Assembly: GCA_963806855.1 (NCBI GenBank)
Contig: CAWDYW010000003.1
Span: 480,001-544,000 of the forward strand
Length of the DNA stretch: 64,000 bases
DNA from: an uncultured Verrucomicrobiae bacterium
Lineage (GTDB): Bacteria > Chlamydiota > Chlamydiia > Chlamydiales > Rhabdochlamydiaceae
Reading direction: 5' to 3'
This document shows positions 40,221-51,581 of the stretch, piece after piece. The translations under genes and the position numbers were made by a program. The first letter of the stretch is position 1. Each line of letters begins with the position of its first letter. The notes under the pieces are model-generated. The model did no database searches, had not been told where the DNA came from, and saw nothing but the letters and a program-made list of their open reading frames with translations.

Positions 40221-41792
40221 TTATAACCATCTCAGTAAAACATCTTTTGCGGCACCTAAGATGAGCATATTTTCATTGGAGCCACCTTTATCTGGATGTG
40301 CAAATTGGGTAAGTTGACGATAAGTCTTTTTAACGAGTTTCCAGTTCTCAGTATTATCAAAAGAACTTAACGGATCAAAACATTTGAATACTTTTTTCGC
40401 TTTTTCGTAAGTAAGAGTTGCAGCAGGGCCGTATTTAGATATGCAGGAATTAACAGCTTCCGAAAGGGTAGGTACAGAGGAAACAATACCAGAATCCAAC
40501 TTCTCTGGAGCAGAATTTCCTGAAGAGAAAGTGTTAGAGGAGTTAGCCCAGAATGAGCTAATCCAAGAGGCGGCATTGTGCAGAACATTTGTTTGATATA
40601 AAGCTGCTGCAATGCCTATCGCCATTGATGCAGCTATGTATCGCTTGGAAGGAATATAATTTGCAATAGATGTTTTGGACGAGGTTTTAGTGTCTATTGA
40701 GTCGGGCTCTGCTATATAGCTAATATCATGTTCCTTTGCATAATTTTCCATATTTGCAAATCTTTGACTTAGGGATAGGTTAATACATAAAAAACTCGGT
40801 ATCCATCTAGAAAAAAACCACTCATTCTTTTGAGCAACAGCATCTGAAGCTTCAAATACAATTTTTATTGCCTCAATATCTTTAATCTCTTTTAATGAGG
40901 AAATATCATCTTCCTTTATTGACCTATTCTTCAAATAAACAAAAATTGGAGATGCGACAATAAATGTTGCGATAGAAATAAGCACTAAATATTCAAGCCC
41001 AATTTTGATAGCATTGAATATATGAGCAGCAAAAAACGTTGAAAGACATGTTATTCCAAAGGTTTGAGATGAGAAAAATGAAGCAGGTTCTCCCCAAAAC
41101 CAAAATTTTTCGGCATGTGAAAGATTGTTTGTTAATTTTTTAATTTTATCAGCCCCCTCAGAGCTTGTCATTATAGTGCCATCAATGTACTTTGTTACTC
41201 CTGTTAATTCATTTTTTAATTTGCTTACATTGTCCTTTGTCTTCAGAACCATTTTTTCAATAAGGAGATTTTGAACTCTTTTGATCATTTCCGGATGCTT
41301 CCAAATTTCGATAAAAAATATCAAATAATCTTGAAATGATTTATCGTCTGTAATTTTCATATTGAAATGTTTTTCAACCCAATCCTGCATCTCAGAATAA
41401 AATTCATTAGAATGCTCTTTTGAAAAACATTGTTGAAGCAGCTGATCAGGTAATTCACCTGGATTAATCAGAAATAAAGGATGGATATCTAATGAAAGGC
41501 TATTCTTTTGTAAATCTAGCTTTTTTCTGTTAAAAAAATATTCAAAGTCTCTATAATTTTCGATCTCGTAAAACTGACTTCTTGTCTCATTGTAAAATTC
41601 AAAATTATTCCCTTCTGAAATAGTGGCCTTAATTTTAAGCTCATCATATTTCTGAAATTTATTTTCACAGATAGATCTAATTCTTCTTGTCAACTCCCGT
41701 TCTCTTTCGGAAGCATCGGCATCATCGGAGAACTCAGGTCTCCAGTTGCCAGGCAGAATTCGATGATAACTACTCTCTACTAATGATCCCAA
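40221..41792 (-). CDS. Membrane protein with C-terminal J-domain (putative effector)
   Basis: VKKTYRQLTQFAHPDKGGS..M..L..AKDVL; TM segments; start uncertain. Confidence 0.8.
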   Translation of the reverse strand: MGSLVESSYHRILPGNWRPEFSDDADASERERELTRRIRSICENKFQKYDELKIKATISEGNNFEFYNETRSQFYEIENYRDFEYFFNRKKLDLQKNSLSLDIHPLFLINPGELPDQLLQQCFSKEHSNEFYSEMQDWVEKHFNMKITDDKSFQDYLIFFIEIWKHPEMIKRVQNLLIEKMVLKTKDNVSKLKNELTGVTKYIDGTIMTSSEGADKIKKLTNNLSHAEKFWFWGEPASFFSSQTFGITCLSTFFAAHIFNAIKIGLEYLVLISIATFIVASPIFVYLKNRSIKEDDISSLKEIKDIEAIKIVFEASDAVAQKNEWFFSRWIPSFLCINLSLSQRFANMENYAKEHDISYIAEPDSIDTKTSSKTSIANYIPSKRYIAASMAIGIAAALYQTNVLHNAASWISSFWANSSNTFSSGNSAPEKLDSGIVSSVPTLSEAVNSCISKYGPAATLTYEKAKKVFKCFDPLSSFDNTENWKLVKKTYRQLTQFAHPDKGGSNENMLILGAAKDVLLRWL

Positions 41793-41871
41793 TTTTCACC
41801 CATTACTTGAAAAAAATTACTTAAAGTATAGAGAAATTATCTATTAATGCAAGTTTTTAGGAGACTTCCCA

Positions 41872-43200
41872 TTACAGCATCAACTTCATGCCATCGTAGG
41901 CCATTTGGGTATGGCAATGGAGCTGGCATTGATGGAGAATATCTCGCTGGAGTTGCAGCTTTGCCAATAAGGCTTCATCTGTGTGTTTGGGGTCGTGGTG
42001 GGTGACGATCCACTCGGTGATTTGGGCGTATTTGCAAAGGATGACGGCGTTGGCGACAGAGGAGTGGCCCCAACCGACCCGCTTTTGGTATTCTTGTTGG
42101 GTATACTGGGCTTCATGGATGAGGACGTCGGTGCGCTTGAAGAAGTCGATGATGCTTCTGTGCGCTTCGATCAGGGGGTGATCGGGCTTTAGGTTATTGG
42201 GATCGCCTTGATAGCCGAGGAAGAGCTCGTTGTCGGTCGCGTAGCCGTAGGTTTTACCGGCGATGTGGATTTTGAAGCAGAGGGTGGGGCCAGGGTGGTA
42301 GGCGTAGTGGCAGTCGATTTTGATATTGCCGATGGTGACGCTGTGGCCGTCGCGCAAATCGTTGAAGGAGAGTTTGGCTTTCATATCTTCGATGCGCACG
42401 GGGAAATAGTCGTAGGCGAGCATATCGGTGAAGAGCTCTTTGGTCGATTTTTCAAAGCCGACAGGGGACCAGATGACGACGTGAACGTTGGGGTTGTAGA
42501 CGGGGTCGAAGAAGGGGAAACCAGTGATGTGATCCCAATGAGTGTGGCTGATGAAGAGATGGATGGTTTTATGCTTGGTGGTGTCGATGGATTCCCCAAG
42601 GGGACGGATTCCTGTTCCAGCGTCGAAAATGATCAGATCGTCACCGTGGCGTACTTCTAGACATGATGTGTTGCCTCCAAAACGGGTGTAATCGGGGCCA
42701 GAAACGGGATTTGAGCCCCGGGTGCCCCAAAAGTGGAGATAGGAGTCTGCTTCATGCATTTGGGGATGGTAAATTTCTGATTCTGGGGTAGGGGGAAGTG
42801 AAGGGAGTGGTTCGGGGATGAGGTTGCCTTCGAAGAAGCGGTTGAGGAGGATATAGAGGAAGGGGATCTCGAAGGGTTTGACGAGGAAATAATCGGCCCC
42901 AGCTTGCAGGGCGGCGTGGCAATTTTGGATCATCGAGTTGGGCGAGGCGATGATGACGCCGAGGGCTTCGGTTTTGGGATTAGTGCGGATCCGTTTGAGG
43001 ATTTCGATCCCATGCATCTGGGGGATCATCAGGTCGATATAGACGAGGTGGGGCTGGAAGGAGCTCAGCTTTTCGAGTAGCTCTTCACCTGTATAGGCCT
43101 CTTCGAAGATGTAGTGCTCGCTGCCCGGTGCGCTTCGCAGCTTATGCAGGAGGGCCTTGTCCGGGTCGCCTAGGAGGATTTTTTGCACGTTATTCCTCAT
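41872..43200 (-). CDS. Response-regulator receiver + MBL-fold hydrolase fusion
   Basis: [10 protein letters not shown] / [10 protein letters not shown] receiver; WGTRGS, FGGNTSC, SHTHWDH, GWGHS. Confidence 0.9.
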   Translation of the reverse strand: MRNNVQKILLGDPDKALLHKLRSAPGSEHYIFEEAYTGEELLEKLSSFQPHLVYIDLMIPQMHGIEILKRIRTNPKTEALGVIIASPNSMIQNCHAALQAGADYFLVKPFEIPFLYILLNRFFEGNLIPEPLPSLPPTPESEIYHPQMHEADSYLHFWGTRGSNPVSGPDYTRFGGNTSCLEVRHGDDLIIFDAGTGIRPLGESIDTTKHKTIHLFISHTHWDHITGFPFFDPVYNPNVHVVIWSPVGFEKSTKELFTDMLAYDYFPVRIEDMKAKLSFNDLRDGHSVTIGNIKIDCHYAYHPGPTLCFKIHIAGKTYGYATDNELFLGYQGDPNNLKPDHPLIEAHRSIIDFFKRTDVLIHEAQYTQQEYQKRVGWGHSSVANAVILCKYAQITEWIVTHHDPKHTDEALLAKLQLQRDILHQCQLHCHTQMAYDGMKLML

Positions 43201-45432
43201 TTTTTGGGGCGCCGATCAAGATGCGGCGCGGTTTTGCGCCTTCTTGCGGTCCGATGACCCCATTATGTTCGAGTTCATCCATCAGAGAGGCAGCTCTTGC
43301 ATAGCCGATCTTGAGTTTGCGCTGAAGAAGGTCGTCGACGCCGTGCGGGTTTCGACGACGATCGAGCGGGCCTGTTCATAGAGGTCTGTGGGCTTTTCCC
43401 TCATCGGAAACGAGGCTCTCTTCTTTTGGCATACTATCAAACGAGGGAATTAGATAGTTGGGTGGAGCTTGATTGCAGATGAAATCGACGATGTGGTTGA
43501 TTTCTTCGTCGCTGATGTAGGCGCCTTGGGCGCGGATCAGAGTGTGAGCTGCCGGGAGGAAAAAGAGCATATCGCCGTTGCCGAGCAGGCTCTCTGCGCC
43601 GATATCGTCGAGGATGATCTGCGAGTTGACGCGGCTGGCGACTTTGAAGGCGATGCGGGTGGGGAAGTTGGCCTTGATCAGGCCGGTGATCACTTCGCGG
43701 GAGGGGCGCTGGGTGGCGAGGATCAGGTGGATGCCGACAGCGCGGGCCATCTGGGCGATGCGGGCGATCGGCGTTTCGAGATCGGAGCTCGGAGACCATC
43801 ATCAGGTCGGCAAATTCGTCGATGATCGCGACGATGGCATGGCATTTTGGCGGGGACGGGGATATTGAGCGAGGCTTCGAGCTCTTGATTGATCTTGGCG
43901 GTTGTTGAAGGCGGTGATATTGCGCAAGCCGAGTTGTTTGAGGATTTCGTAGCGCATCTGCATCTCTTTGACGAGCCAGTTGAGCGCGGCATAGGCGCCA
44001 TGCGCTTCGGTGATGACAGGGGCGATCATGTGGGGGAGATTAGTGTAGCGGGTCAGCTCGACTTTTTTCGGATCGATCATGAGCAGTTTGATTTCATCGG
44101 GGCCGCGCATTCATCAGGATCGACATGACGATCGTGTTGATACAGACCGATTTTCCCGATCCGGTCGCTCCGGCGATGATGCAGTGGGGCATCTTGGCCA
44201 AATCGCTGATCACGATTTCGCCTGCGACGGTTTTGCCAAGAAGAACGGGGATATGGGCATTTGCGCGGCTTCTGCTGGTAGTATTGCGAAAAGCTCTTTG
44301 AAGCTCACTTCTTGCGGGATAGAGCGAGGGGATCTCGACGCCGACAGCTGCTTTGCCGGGAATGGGGGCGATGATGCGGATCGATTTGGCCTGCAGGTTG
44401 AGGGCGATGTCGTTTTCGAGCGCTTTGATCTTTTGCACTTTGACGCCGACGGCGGGGTGCACTTCAAACGAGGTGATCGTCGGTCCGCAATGGATATCTC
44501 CCACTTTGGCTTCGATCCCAAAGCTCATCAGCGTCTCTTCCAAGATGTCGGCCTGGCTTGCGCAGATCTTTTTTCAGGAGCGCTGGATCGATTTGCTTTG
44601 GAATCCGGAGCATGGAGGCTGGAGGGAGGACATAGTCGGTGCTGCTCATTTTTTTAGGAGCCGGTTCCCTCTTTTTCGGTGCCGGCGCGGGTGCCACTTT
44701 CATTTCCTGAGGCTGTGAGAAAATGGGCCTTGGAGCCGGTGGGAGAATGTTGTCGGTGGTGAAAGTGGGCAGCTCCTCCTCTTTTTTCGGCAGCTCAAAA
44801 TCTTTAGCCGATTTGTAGGCCCAAAGTCCAAGCTTCTTCAATTTTTCCCATAGCACTGCCGCGGGGATCTCGGTGAAAAGGAGCGTCGAGACAAGAGCGA
44901 TGATGGAGAAGGTGATCCCGATGCCTACATTGCTGAGCAGATGTTTCAAGTTGTAGGTCGGCAAATCGGTGTAGAGATAATAGAGCGGCACCCCGCCCAA
45001 ATTGTGCCGGATGTGCATGTGCGGATAGGGCTGATTGAGGACGATCGTCTCGACGCGCACCTTGTGGAGCAGAATATCAGGAAAGGGGACTTTTGTCTCG
45101 GCGACCAGATTGAGCAGAATGCAAAAGGCAAAGAGAAAGCAGCCGAAGTAAAAATTCTTCACCTTGATCCGCTCGTCTGGGTTTTTGCTTAAGGTAATGA
45201 CTCCCAGATATCCCACATAGAACATCAGCAAAAAGCTCCCGAGTCCAAACAGGTAGGTGAAGCCAAACGCAATTGCGTGACCGACGAGCCCCAGCCAATT
45301 GTCCTTCGGGGCGTCATTGTGGAAGCTAAAGAGGGAGAGCTGCATGACGATCGAAAGGGCTAAGAGAAAAAGTCCCTTAGCTTCAGGATGACGTGCGAAG
45401 AATGATTTTTTTTCTTGTTTCTTTACGGCCAT
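43190..45432 (-). CDS. ftsK: DNA translocase FtsK (multiple frameshifts, probably consensus errors)
   Basis: N-terminal TMs, [40 protein letters not shown], gamma-domain end GAKPRRILI. Confidence 0.95.
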
Positions 45433-46178
45433 AGGAAGAGGTTAGCTAATATGCCAAGAAGGATACAATACCAGGCAAAATGTTTTAAATTCCCTTTTTC
45501 AAGCCACTTGATCGCATAGCGGATAACGACGATCCCCGCGAGAAAAGCGGCTGCAAATCCGAGCAGACAATCGACATTCAGCGCGACAGGTTCCTGATTT
45601 TTCCAAAGACGGAGAGTCTCAACCAAATTCCCTCCCACAATAGTCGGAATGGCGAGTAAAAAGGAAAATCGGACCGCGTCTTTCGGCGCCCACCCCAGCG
45701 CACTTGCACAGGAAATTGTCGATGCGCTTCTCGAAATCCCCGGGATCAGCGCCATCGACTGCATCGTCCCAATGAGCAGAGCATCGCGCACAGGGCGCCC
45801 CTGACTTTTGATCCGCACCTTCTGCCCCAGCAGCAAAATTGCGCCGGTGATCATCAAGCAAACGCCCAAGTACTGAGGCGCCGAGGCCATTTTTCGCAAG
45901 GGGGCGAGGAGGAAATAGCTGGGGACAAGGGGAATGAGGGCGAAAAATAGATAGAGCATTCCCTTTCGGTCTTGAATAAATAAGCGGAGAATTTCTCTCT
46001 TGAAAAACCAAACTAATGCCACAAGGGATCCCAGATGGCAGGCCAGATCAAAGATGACCGGCATCTCTTCTACGCCAAAGACCATCTTGGTCAATTTAAG
46101 ATGGGCAGAGGAGCTCACCGGAAAAAATTCAGTGAGTCCCTGCACAACTCCAAGTAAAAGTGCAAGCAAATGGGGCAT
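45423..46178 (-). CDS. uppP: Undecaprenyl-diphosphate phosphatase
   Basis: QGLTEFFPVSSSAH, PGISRSASTI. Confidence 0.95.
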   Translation of the reverse strand: MPHLLALLLGVVQGLTEFFPVSSSAHLKLTKMVFGVEEMPVIFDLACHLGSLVALVWFFKREILRLFIQDRKGMLYLFFALIPLVPSYFLLAPLRKMASAPQYLGVCLMITGAILLLGQKVRIKSQGRPVRDALLIGTMQSMALIPGISRSASTISCASALGWAPKDAVRFSFLLAIPTIVGGNLVETLRLWKNQEPVALNVDCLLGFAAAFLAGIVVIRYAIKWLEKGNLKHFAWYCILLGILANLFLWP

Positions 46179-46203
46179 ATCTCATTGATATCACAAATGC
46201 TCT

Positions 46204-47385
46204 TTAATTACACACAGGGTCCCGCATCTGCGCGTAGTAATCTGCTGATCGATTTTCGAGCATCTCCAAAAGTTCTGGACTTGCCAACCCGTTGTCGAGG
46301 AGCAGCTTCACCACTTGAGGACTCTCCCGTCCAAAGACCATTTGCCGTTCAGTGTGGCCGGTTTTTGAATAGGGTTCTAGCACTTCAGGAGCGGTTCCAA
46401 CCTCGAGGAGTCTTTCCCAGAGAAATTCGAGCCTTGTCCCAGCCGCATATTTTTGCTCTCCCCCGGTCAATTGAATACAATCGGGAAGCGGATCTAGTTT
46501 CGTTTCTGCGCGCGGGTGCACAAAGAAGACCATCGAATAGCGCTCTTTTTTGGGCTCGGCGGCTAGCACTCTGTGTTTGGCGCTTTTAAAGAGGCCATTG
46601 GTCAAATTTTGGAGCATATCGCCCACGTTGACGATGAAGGCATCTTCAGGGACCACCACATTGAGCCATTGCCCATCCATCTCCAGTTGCAACCCCTTTT
46701 CTGTTGCAAAAGGGAGCAGTGTCATCAGGTCGATATCGGTGTGCGGGGCGGCCCAAAAGAGAGGTTTTTCCAGATCCTCGAGCATTTCTTCGTCCATCGC
46801 AGGATAGTAGAGCGAGCGGAGCAGAGAAAATCCATCGAACGTTTCCCGACCCAGAAAATCGAGCGGGAGGTCGCCATTTCCATGCAGATTGATTGTCGCA
46901 ATGATTGCCTCTTGCAGGGGGATCACATATTTGTCGAGCTCATTGAAAAGAGGGACCATTGCTTCCCTATAGCCCTCTTGATCGGGCCACACATTCGGAA
47001 GGGGACTATTTTCTCGACCCATGTGGAAAATCTCTTTGTAGTCTTTCATGTTATTCCCTTTGGCGGTTTCATTGGTCATGTAGCCGCGTGGGTCGCTGTG
47101 CATGTATTGCTTTTTGTAATCGAGGTCTCTCTGAAAGAAAATCTTTGCCTGATCATAGGCTTGTGCGATAACCTCTCGATCGACACCGGTATTGCGGACG
47201 GCAAAGAATCCGACCGTTGACATCGCATCGTGGAGCGTATTTAAAAACTCTTCCCTCTTTTCAGGAGCATAAAAATCATTCATGTCGACTACCGGGATCC
47301 GGAGATCGAGATCTCCATAGACATTCGAAATGAGTGTTGATAATATAGTAACGAGACATAAACAATACGTTTTTATATAATGCAT
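46204..47385 (-). CDS. 2OG-Fe(II) oxygenase, isopenicillin-N-synthase-like
   Basis: IPVVDM, GFF.V.N, PHTD, VNVGDML..LTNG..KS..HRV, RYS. Confidence 0.9.
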   Translation of the reverse strand: MHYIKTYCLCLVTILSTLISNVYGDLDLRIPVVDMNDFYAPEKREEFLNTLHDAMSTVGFFAVRNTGVDREVIAQAYDQAKIFFQRDLDYKKQYMHSDPRGYMTNETAKGNNMKDYKEIFHMGRENSPLPNVWPDQEGYREAMVPLFNELDKYVIPLQEAIIATINLHGNGDLPLDFLGRETFDGFSLLRSLYYPAMDEEMLEDLEKPLFWAAPHTDIDLMTLLPFATEKGLQLEMDGQWLNVVVPEDAFIVNVGDMLQNLTNGLFKSAKHRVLAAEPKKERYSMVFFVHPRAETKLDPLPDCIQLTGGEQKYAAGTRLEFLWERLLEVGTAPEVLEPYSKTGHTERQMVFGRESPQVVKLLLDNGLASPELLEMLENRSADYYAQMRDPVCN

Positions 47386-47434
47386 ACTTCCTCCTAGAAA
47401 GGGGATACCTTACTGCAAAACAATAATTAAGGCA

Positions 47435-48034
47435 ATGGGCATATTTTTGAAATTTTTGAAAAAGAAATCGGTCATTTGGACCCTCTGTTGCATCCCCTAT
47501 GGCCTCATCCTTGTAATCGCTTGCCTTTACGGACCTTTATCCTCTGAATTTTGGAAATGGACGATTGCAATCAGTGGATATACAGCTGCGGCTCTTCTCG
47601 CGATCTGCCTGATTTCTGCTCCACTGCACAAAAATTTTCCCTCTTCCAAATTCTTAATGATTTTGCACCGGCATCAAAGAGAAACAGGATTGTCGGTTTT
47701 TTTCTATGCCCTCTTGCATGCCTCATCCTACTTTATCGAAAAGAAGATCCGAATTGGAAATTATGAGTGGATCTACCTTCTCCACCCTGTGATTATTCCT
47801 GGGGTGATCGCACTCGCTATTCTTTTAGTTCTATCGGTGACAAGCAATCAGTTTTCGATCAAAAAGTTAACCTACAAGAAATGGAAAAATTTACACAGCT
47901 CGGTCTATATCGTCGAAGGGGCTGTCTTTCTGCATATGGTTTTTCAAGGGGGGAAAATCCTTCTCTGGGGATGCGCGATCTTCATCCCCCTGTTCCTTTG
48001 TCAACGCTTTAGATTGAAAAAGGGAGAATTATAA
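47435..48034 (+). CDS. Ferric-reductase-like heme membrane protein (MsrQ-like)
   Basis: R..GL..F.YA.LH, TS......L...WK.LH..VY. Confidence 0.85.
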   Translation: MGIFLKFLKKKSVIWTLCCIPYGLILVIACLYGPLSSEFWKWTIAISGYTAAALLAICLISAPLHKNFPSSKFLMILHRHQRETGLSVFFYALLHASSYFIEKKIRIGNYEWIYLLHPVIIPGVIALAILLVLSVTSNQFSIKKLTYKKWKNLHSSVYIVEGAVFLHMVFQGGKILLWGCAIFIPLFLCQRFRLKKGEL

Positions 48035-48042
48035 CGAAAAAA

Positions 48043-49044
48043 ATGGGAATTCGACAATATCCTTATCATTTGTTTATACTCAATCTTTTGAAAAAGAAAT
48101 CGCTCATTTGGGCAGTCTGCTTCTCCCTCGCAGGATCTGCCAATGAAAGGATCGGGACAAAGGAGATTATGGCTCTAACGAACCTTCGCAATTATAAAAA
48201 AGCTGAATGTCTCCAATTGCTGGAGAAGGCGTCAGAGGCTGAACTTTGGGATGCCCTTCTCGAAGGACAGGCGCAGCTCTGTTTTGATGCAGAATGTCAG
48301 TGGATTGCCAAGGAAAAGTGGTGGGGCTCTGTTCAGAATGTTCTAGAAATCGGCTGTGGGAATGGTGCTTTTCTTGCCAAGCTCGCCGATCAGTTCCCCA
48401 CAAAGTCCTTTCGGGGCATCGAGAAACTGGCCTCCTCTCTCGATGTTGCCAAAAAGCGAAATAGCAGGCAAAACATCCACTTCCAGCAGGGCGATGCTGA
48501 AATCTTCGATCCATCCTTGGTCAATTCAGCCGACGTTATGATCTTTCGGCTAGTGCTCCAACACCTAAGCGATCCGCTTCTTGCTCTCAAAAATTCCTCA
48601 CAGTATCTCACTTCTGATGGCTATGTGCTCATCATCGATGCATATGATCAAGCAAGCAGAAATTCGCACCCCATTACCGCCATCGAAGAGGCATTGAAAC
48701 TCGCCGCAGAATATCAACGTACGCACAAAACGGGTGGAAATAGAAGAATTTCCCTAGATCTTTTGAAACTCCTAGAGGATGATCAGAACTTCCAAGTAGT
48801 ATTTAGCAATTTGGATGCGGATGGACATATTCTGCATGAGATCATGCGTCATGAGGGAAAGAGGGCCCGCCAGCTCTATTTTAATAATGGCCTATTATTC
48901 CTCACGCTCGTGCATCGCACTTACAAAGTCCCCGTCAATGTAGATAAAGCCTATGATGAGCTCAATTCCTTCCTCGAAGATGAGCAGGCCTGGAGCTCGA
49001 TGGGAATGCACTTCTTGGTGTTAAAGAAGAGGGGCGGGGTATAA
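48043..49044 (+). CDS. Class I SAM-dependent methyltransferase
   Basis: VLEIGCGNG, GDAE, VLQHL; start uncertain. Confidence 0.88.
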   Translation: MGIRQYPYHLFILNLLKKKSLIWAVCFSLAGSANERIGTKEIMALTNLRNYKKAECLQLLEKASEAELWDALLEGQAQLCFDAECQWIAKEKWWGSVQNVLEIGCGNGAFLAKLADQFPTKSFRGIEKLASSLDVAKKRNSRQNIHFQQGDAEIFDPSLVNSADVMIFRLVLQHLSDPLLALKNSSQYLTSDGYVLIIDAYDQASRNSHPITAIEEALKLAAEYQRTHKTGGNRRISLDLLKLLEDDQNFQVVFSNLDADGHILHEIMRHEGKRARQLYFNNGLLFLTLVHRTYKVPVNVDKAYDELNSFLEDEQAWSSMGMHFLVLKKRGGV

Positions 49045-49139
49045 TTCAAGTTTTTCTACTGCAACTTGTTTTTTAACCCCAAACAGTATTAAATTCTCCA
49101 TCGTCTATACCATGCGACCTCGACAAACTGGAGAACCCT

Positions 49140-49765
49140 ATGACCTCTTCTATCCTCCTTCGATCTTGCGGATTTGGATTCATAAATCTTGTGAATGACT
49201 CCGCCGATTATCTCACTTCATTGATCCCTCTAAAAGATAATGCAGGGCTAAAAACAGCAATCAAAATTGCTCTTTGGGCTCTTATCCTTCATCAAGCTTC
49301 GGCAACTGTTCTCGAAGTGAGTGCACAGGCAATTCGATGCTTTGGCATTATCAATACTACCCTTTTCGAGTAATTAGAACCTGTTTTGAGAACGTGAATA
49401 ACCTTTTTACGTACAATGTGACTATACTTTCTCATCCAATCAAATTGGGAGGTAGGTTTAGCCAGTTAGGAGAAAAACGCAGCCGGGTGTATATGGGGAT
49501 GGACCCAATTTGGCCTTGGGATGGACCTAGTTGCGCGATTATTCACGAAATGGCTGCCCCAAATGTTGGCAAGGACCGCATCGGCATGATAATAGAGTCT
49601 GATCTACATAGTCTGATACAAATCTATTTCGATAGAAAGAATCCGACAGCTGTTGAAATTATTAAAGATCGACCAAATCCTTTAGGCTATATGGAGAAAA
49701 CAGATACTACAGCTGTACGCATATTCGACCCAAACAGCATAGTAGTAGAGTGCAAAAAATTGTAG
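49140..49765 (+). pseudogene. Hypothetical gene split by a frameshift near 49360
   Basis: Overlapping ORFs 49140-49373 (SD GGAG) and 49274-49765; could also be a sequencing error. Confidence 0.5.
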
Positions 49766-49807
49766 TCTTGATCAGAGCAGCCATTGTCTTCAGTCTATTT
49801 TTCAACT

Positions 49808-50431
49808 TCATTCTGGCTTTGCATACCTCTTGGCATCCTCTTTTTTGACTTCATCGAGAAACATCTTCATCTCCTTGTCAGTAGCAAATTCTCTCACAGT
49901 GGCATCTTTGTGATCGATTGTCGTAATGCCCTGTAAGTGATCATATTCGTGTTGGAAGACCTTCGCAGCAAATCCCTCGAGCCGTTTTGCCACTGTTTTG
50001 CCTTCCCAATTGGTATAGGTGACGTCTATACTCTCATAGCGAAAGAGCTCTGCCAGCTTCCAGCATTGATCGAAACAACAGGAAAAACACCCCTCCCATC
50101 CAATTACTTTGGCGTTACTCGCAGGCCTCATGGTGGGGTTGATGACCACCTCGAGATGTTCAGGTTTGCGATCGTAGCTGAAGATGAAGACCGATTTGCT
50201 AATGCCAATTTGGGGGGCTGCGCAGCCAGCTGCCGGGAAAAAGGGATGAATGGACCAAAATAGTTTGACTGCAATTTCTTTGGCCAGAAGCATTTCCCTG
50301 GGCAGGATGAGGTCTTCAGTTTTCTTTTGCAACACATCATGATGGGGGCTGTGCAGCGTGACGATGTTTAGTTCTTCAGCAGAATGGGGAGAATTGGGTG
50401 AGTGAGGAGGAAAAGATGGGGGGATTTCCAT
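49808..50431 (-). CDS. def: Peptide deformylase
   Basis: GCAAPQIG, EGCFS, QHEYDHL.G. Confidence 0.92.
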   Translation of the reverse strand: MEIPPSFPPHSPNSPHSAEELNIVTLHSPHHDVLQKKTEDLILPREMLLAKEIAVKLFWSIHPFFPAAGCAAPQIGISKSVFIFSYDRKPEHLEVVINPTMRPASNAKVIGWEGCFSCCFDQCWKLAELFRYESIDVTYTNWEGKTVAKRLEGFAAKVFQHEYDHLQGITTIDHKDATVREFATDKEMKMFLDEVKKEDAKRYAKPE

Positions 50432-50509
50432 GGTGATCCAGTTGTAGGTAATGTCGATTAATCTTGACAAACTCGCTTATTTTTTGGTTAGCTTTTTCAA
50501 AAAGCACGA

Positions 50510-51505
50510 GTGGCTATGCGAAAATTTTTTCTATTAACTTTTTTAGTGGGGGTGCCTGTTATGGCTGATGTCAATTCTGCTGCCAATCTTATCGAAAATC
50601 CACAATTCAAGGCGCTGATCGATGGCTTTGGCGAGGTGGTGAAGACTTCATTCGAGAGTGGGCTCGACGCTGCGCGCAAGCGGTGCACCGAATTTTTCCT
50701 CTCGGATGCCGATGAGCGTATTGAAGTGGAGTCGATCCAAGATGTGACGATAGAAGGGGAAGATCAGCATCAAATCCCTCTACGCATTTATAGGCCGTCT
50801 GCAGACAATGAGCTCCCTGTCATTGTCTATTTCCACCGAGGGGGCTGGATTTTTGGAAATATTGAAGAGGCCGATCCTGTTTGCCGGATGCTGGCCCACT
50901 ACTTGCAATGCGTGGTGGTCTCGGTCGATTTCCGATTAGCCCCAGAGAATCCCTTCCCAAAACCATTAGAGGACTGTTATGCGGCAACTCAGTGGGCATC
51001 TAAACATGCTAGCGAATTTGGTGGAGATACCCAGAGGCTGATTGTCTGCGGAGAAAGCTGCGGGGGGAATCTTGCTGCGGCTGTAACCCTGATGGCCAAA
51101 GAGAAGAAGGGGCCTTCGATTGCCCAGCAACTTCTTATTTATCCGATCATCACCTCTACTATCCTAGATGAACCTTATGATCACTGCCCTGATCAGCATT
51201 TTATTACCAAGGGAGGAATGCAGTTTATGTGGAGTGCTTATTTGGGGGCTCCAGAGAATGCTCAAAATCCTTTAGCCTCTGTCGAGCTTGCAGATCTAAG
51301 TGATCTTCCACCTGCTGTCATCATTACAGCCGAATACGATCCTCTGTGCCAGGAAGGGGAAATGTATGGGGAAAAGTTGCTTGAAGCGGGTGTTGCCGTT
51401 CAAACGATGCGTGTCCCTGAAGTGATCCATGGTTTTCTCGATCTTCCGCTCTATGATTTGGAGCAGAAGATTGCCTGGACCAAAGAGATCAAGGAAATGC
51501 TATAG
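50510..51505 (+). CDS. Alpha/beta hydrolase (HSL-like esterase)
   Basis: HRGGW, FRLAPE, GESCGG, EYDPL, HGF. Confidence 0.92.
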   Translation: MAMRKFFLLTFLVGVPVMADVNSAANLIENPQFKALIDGFGEVVKTSFESGLDAARKRCTEFFLSDADERIEVESIQDVTIEGEDQHQIPLRIYRPSADNELPVIVYFHRGGWIFGNIEEADPVCRMLAHYLQCVVVSVDFRLAPENPFPKPLEDCYAATQWASKHASEFGGDTQRLIVCGESCGGNLAAAVTLMAKEKKGPSIAQQLLIYPIITSTILDEPYDHCPDQHFITKGGMQFMWSAYLGAPENAQNPLASVELADLSDLPPAVIITAEYDPLCQEGEMYGEKLLEAGVAVQTMRVPEVIHGFLDLPLYDLEQKIAWTKEIKEML

Positions 51506-51581
51506 CTGTCTAATTGAAGGAGCCTTATGTTAAATTATCCATTGCTCGGCATTTAAACTTTTTGTAAATCAGGAATATTAA

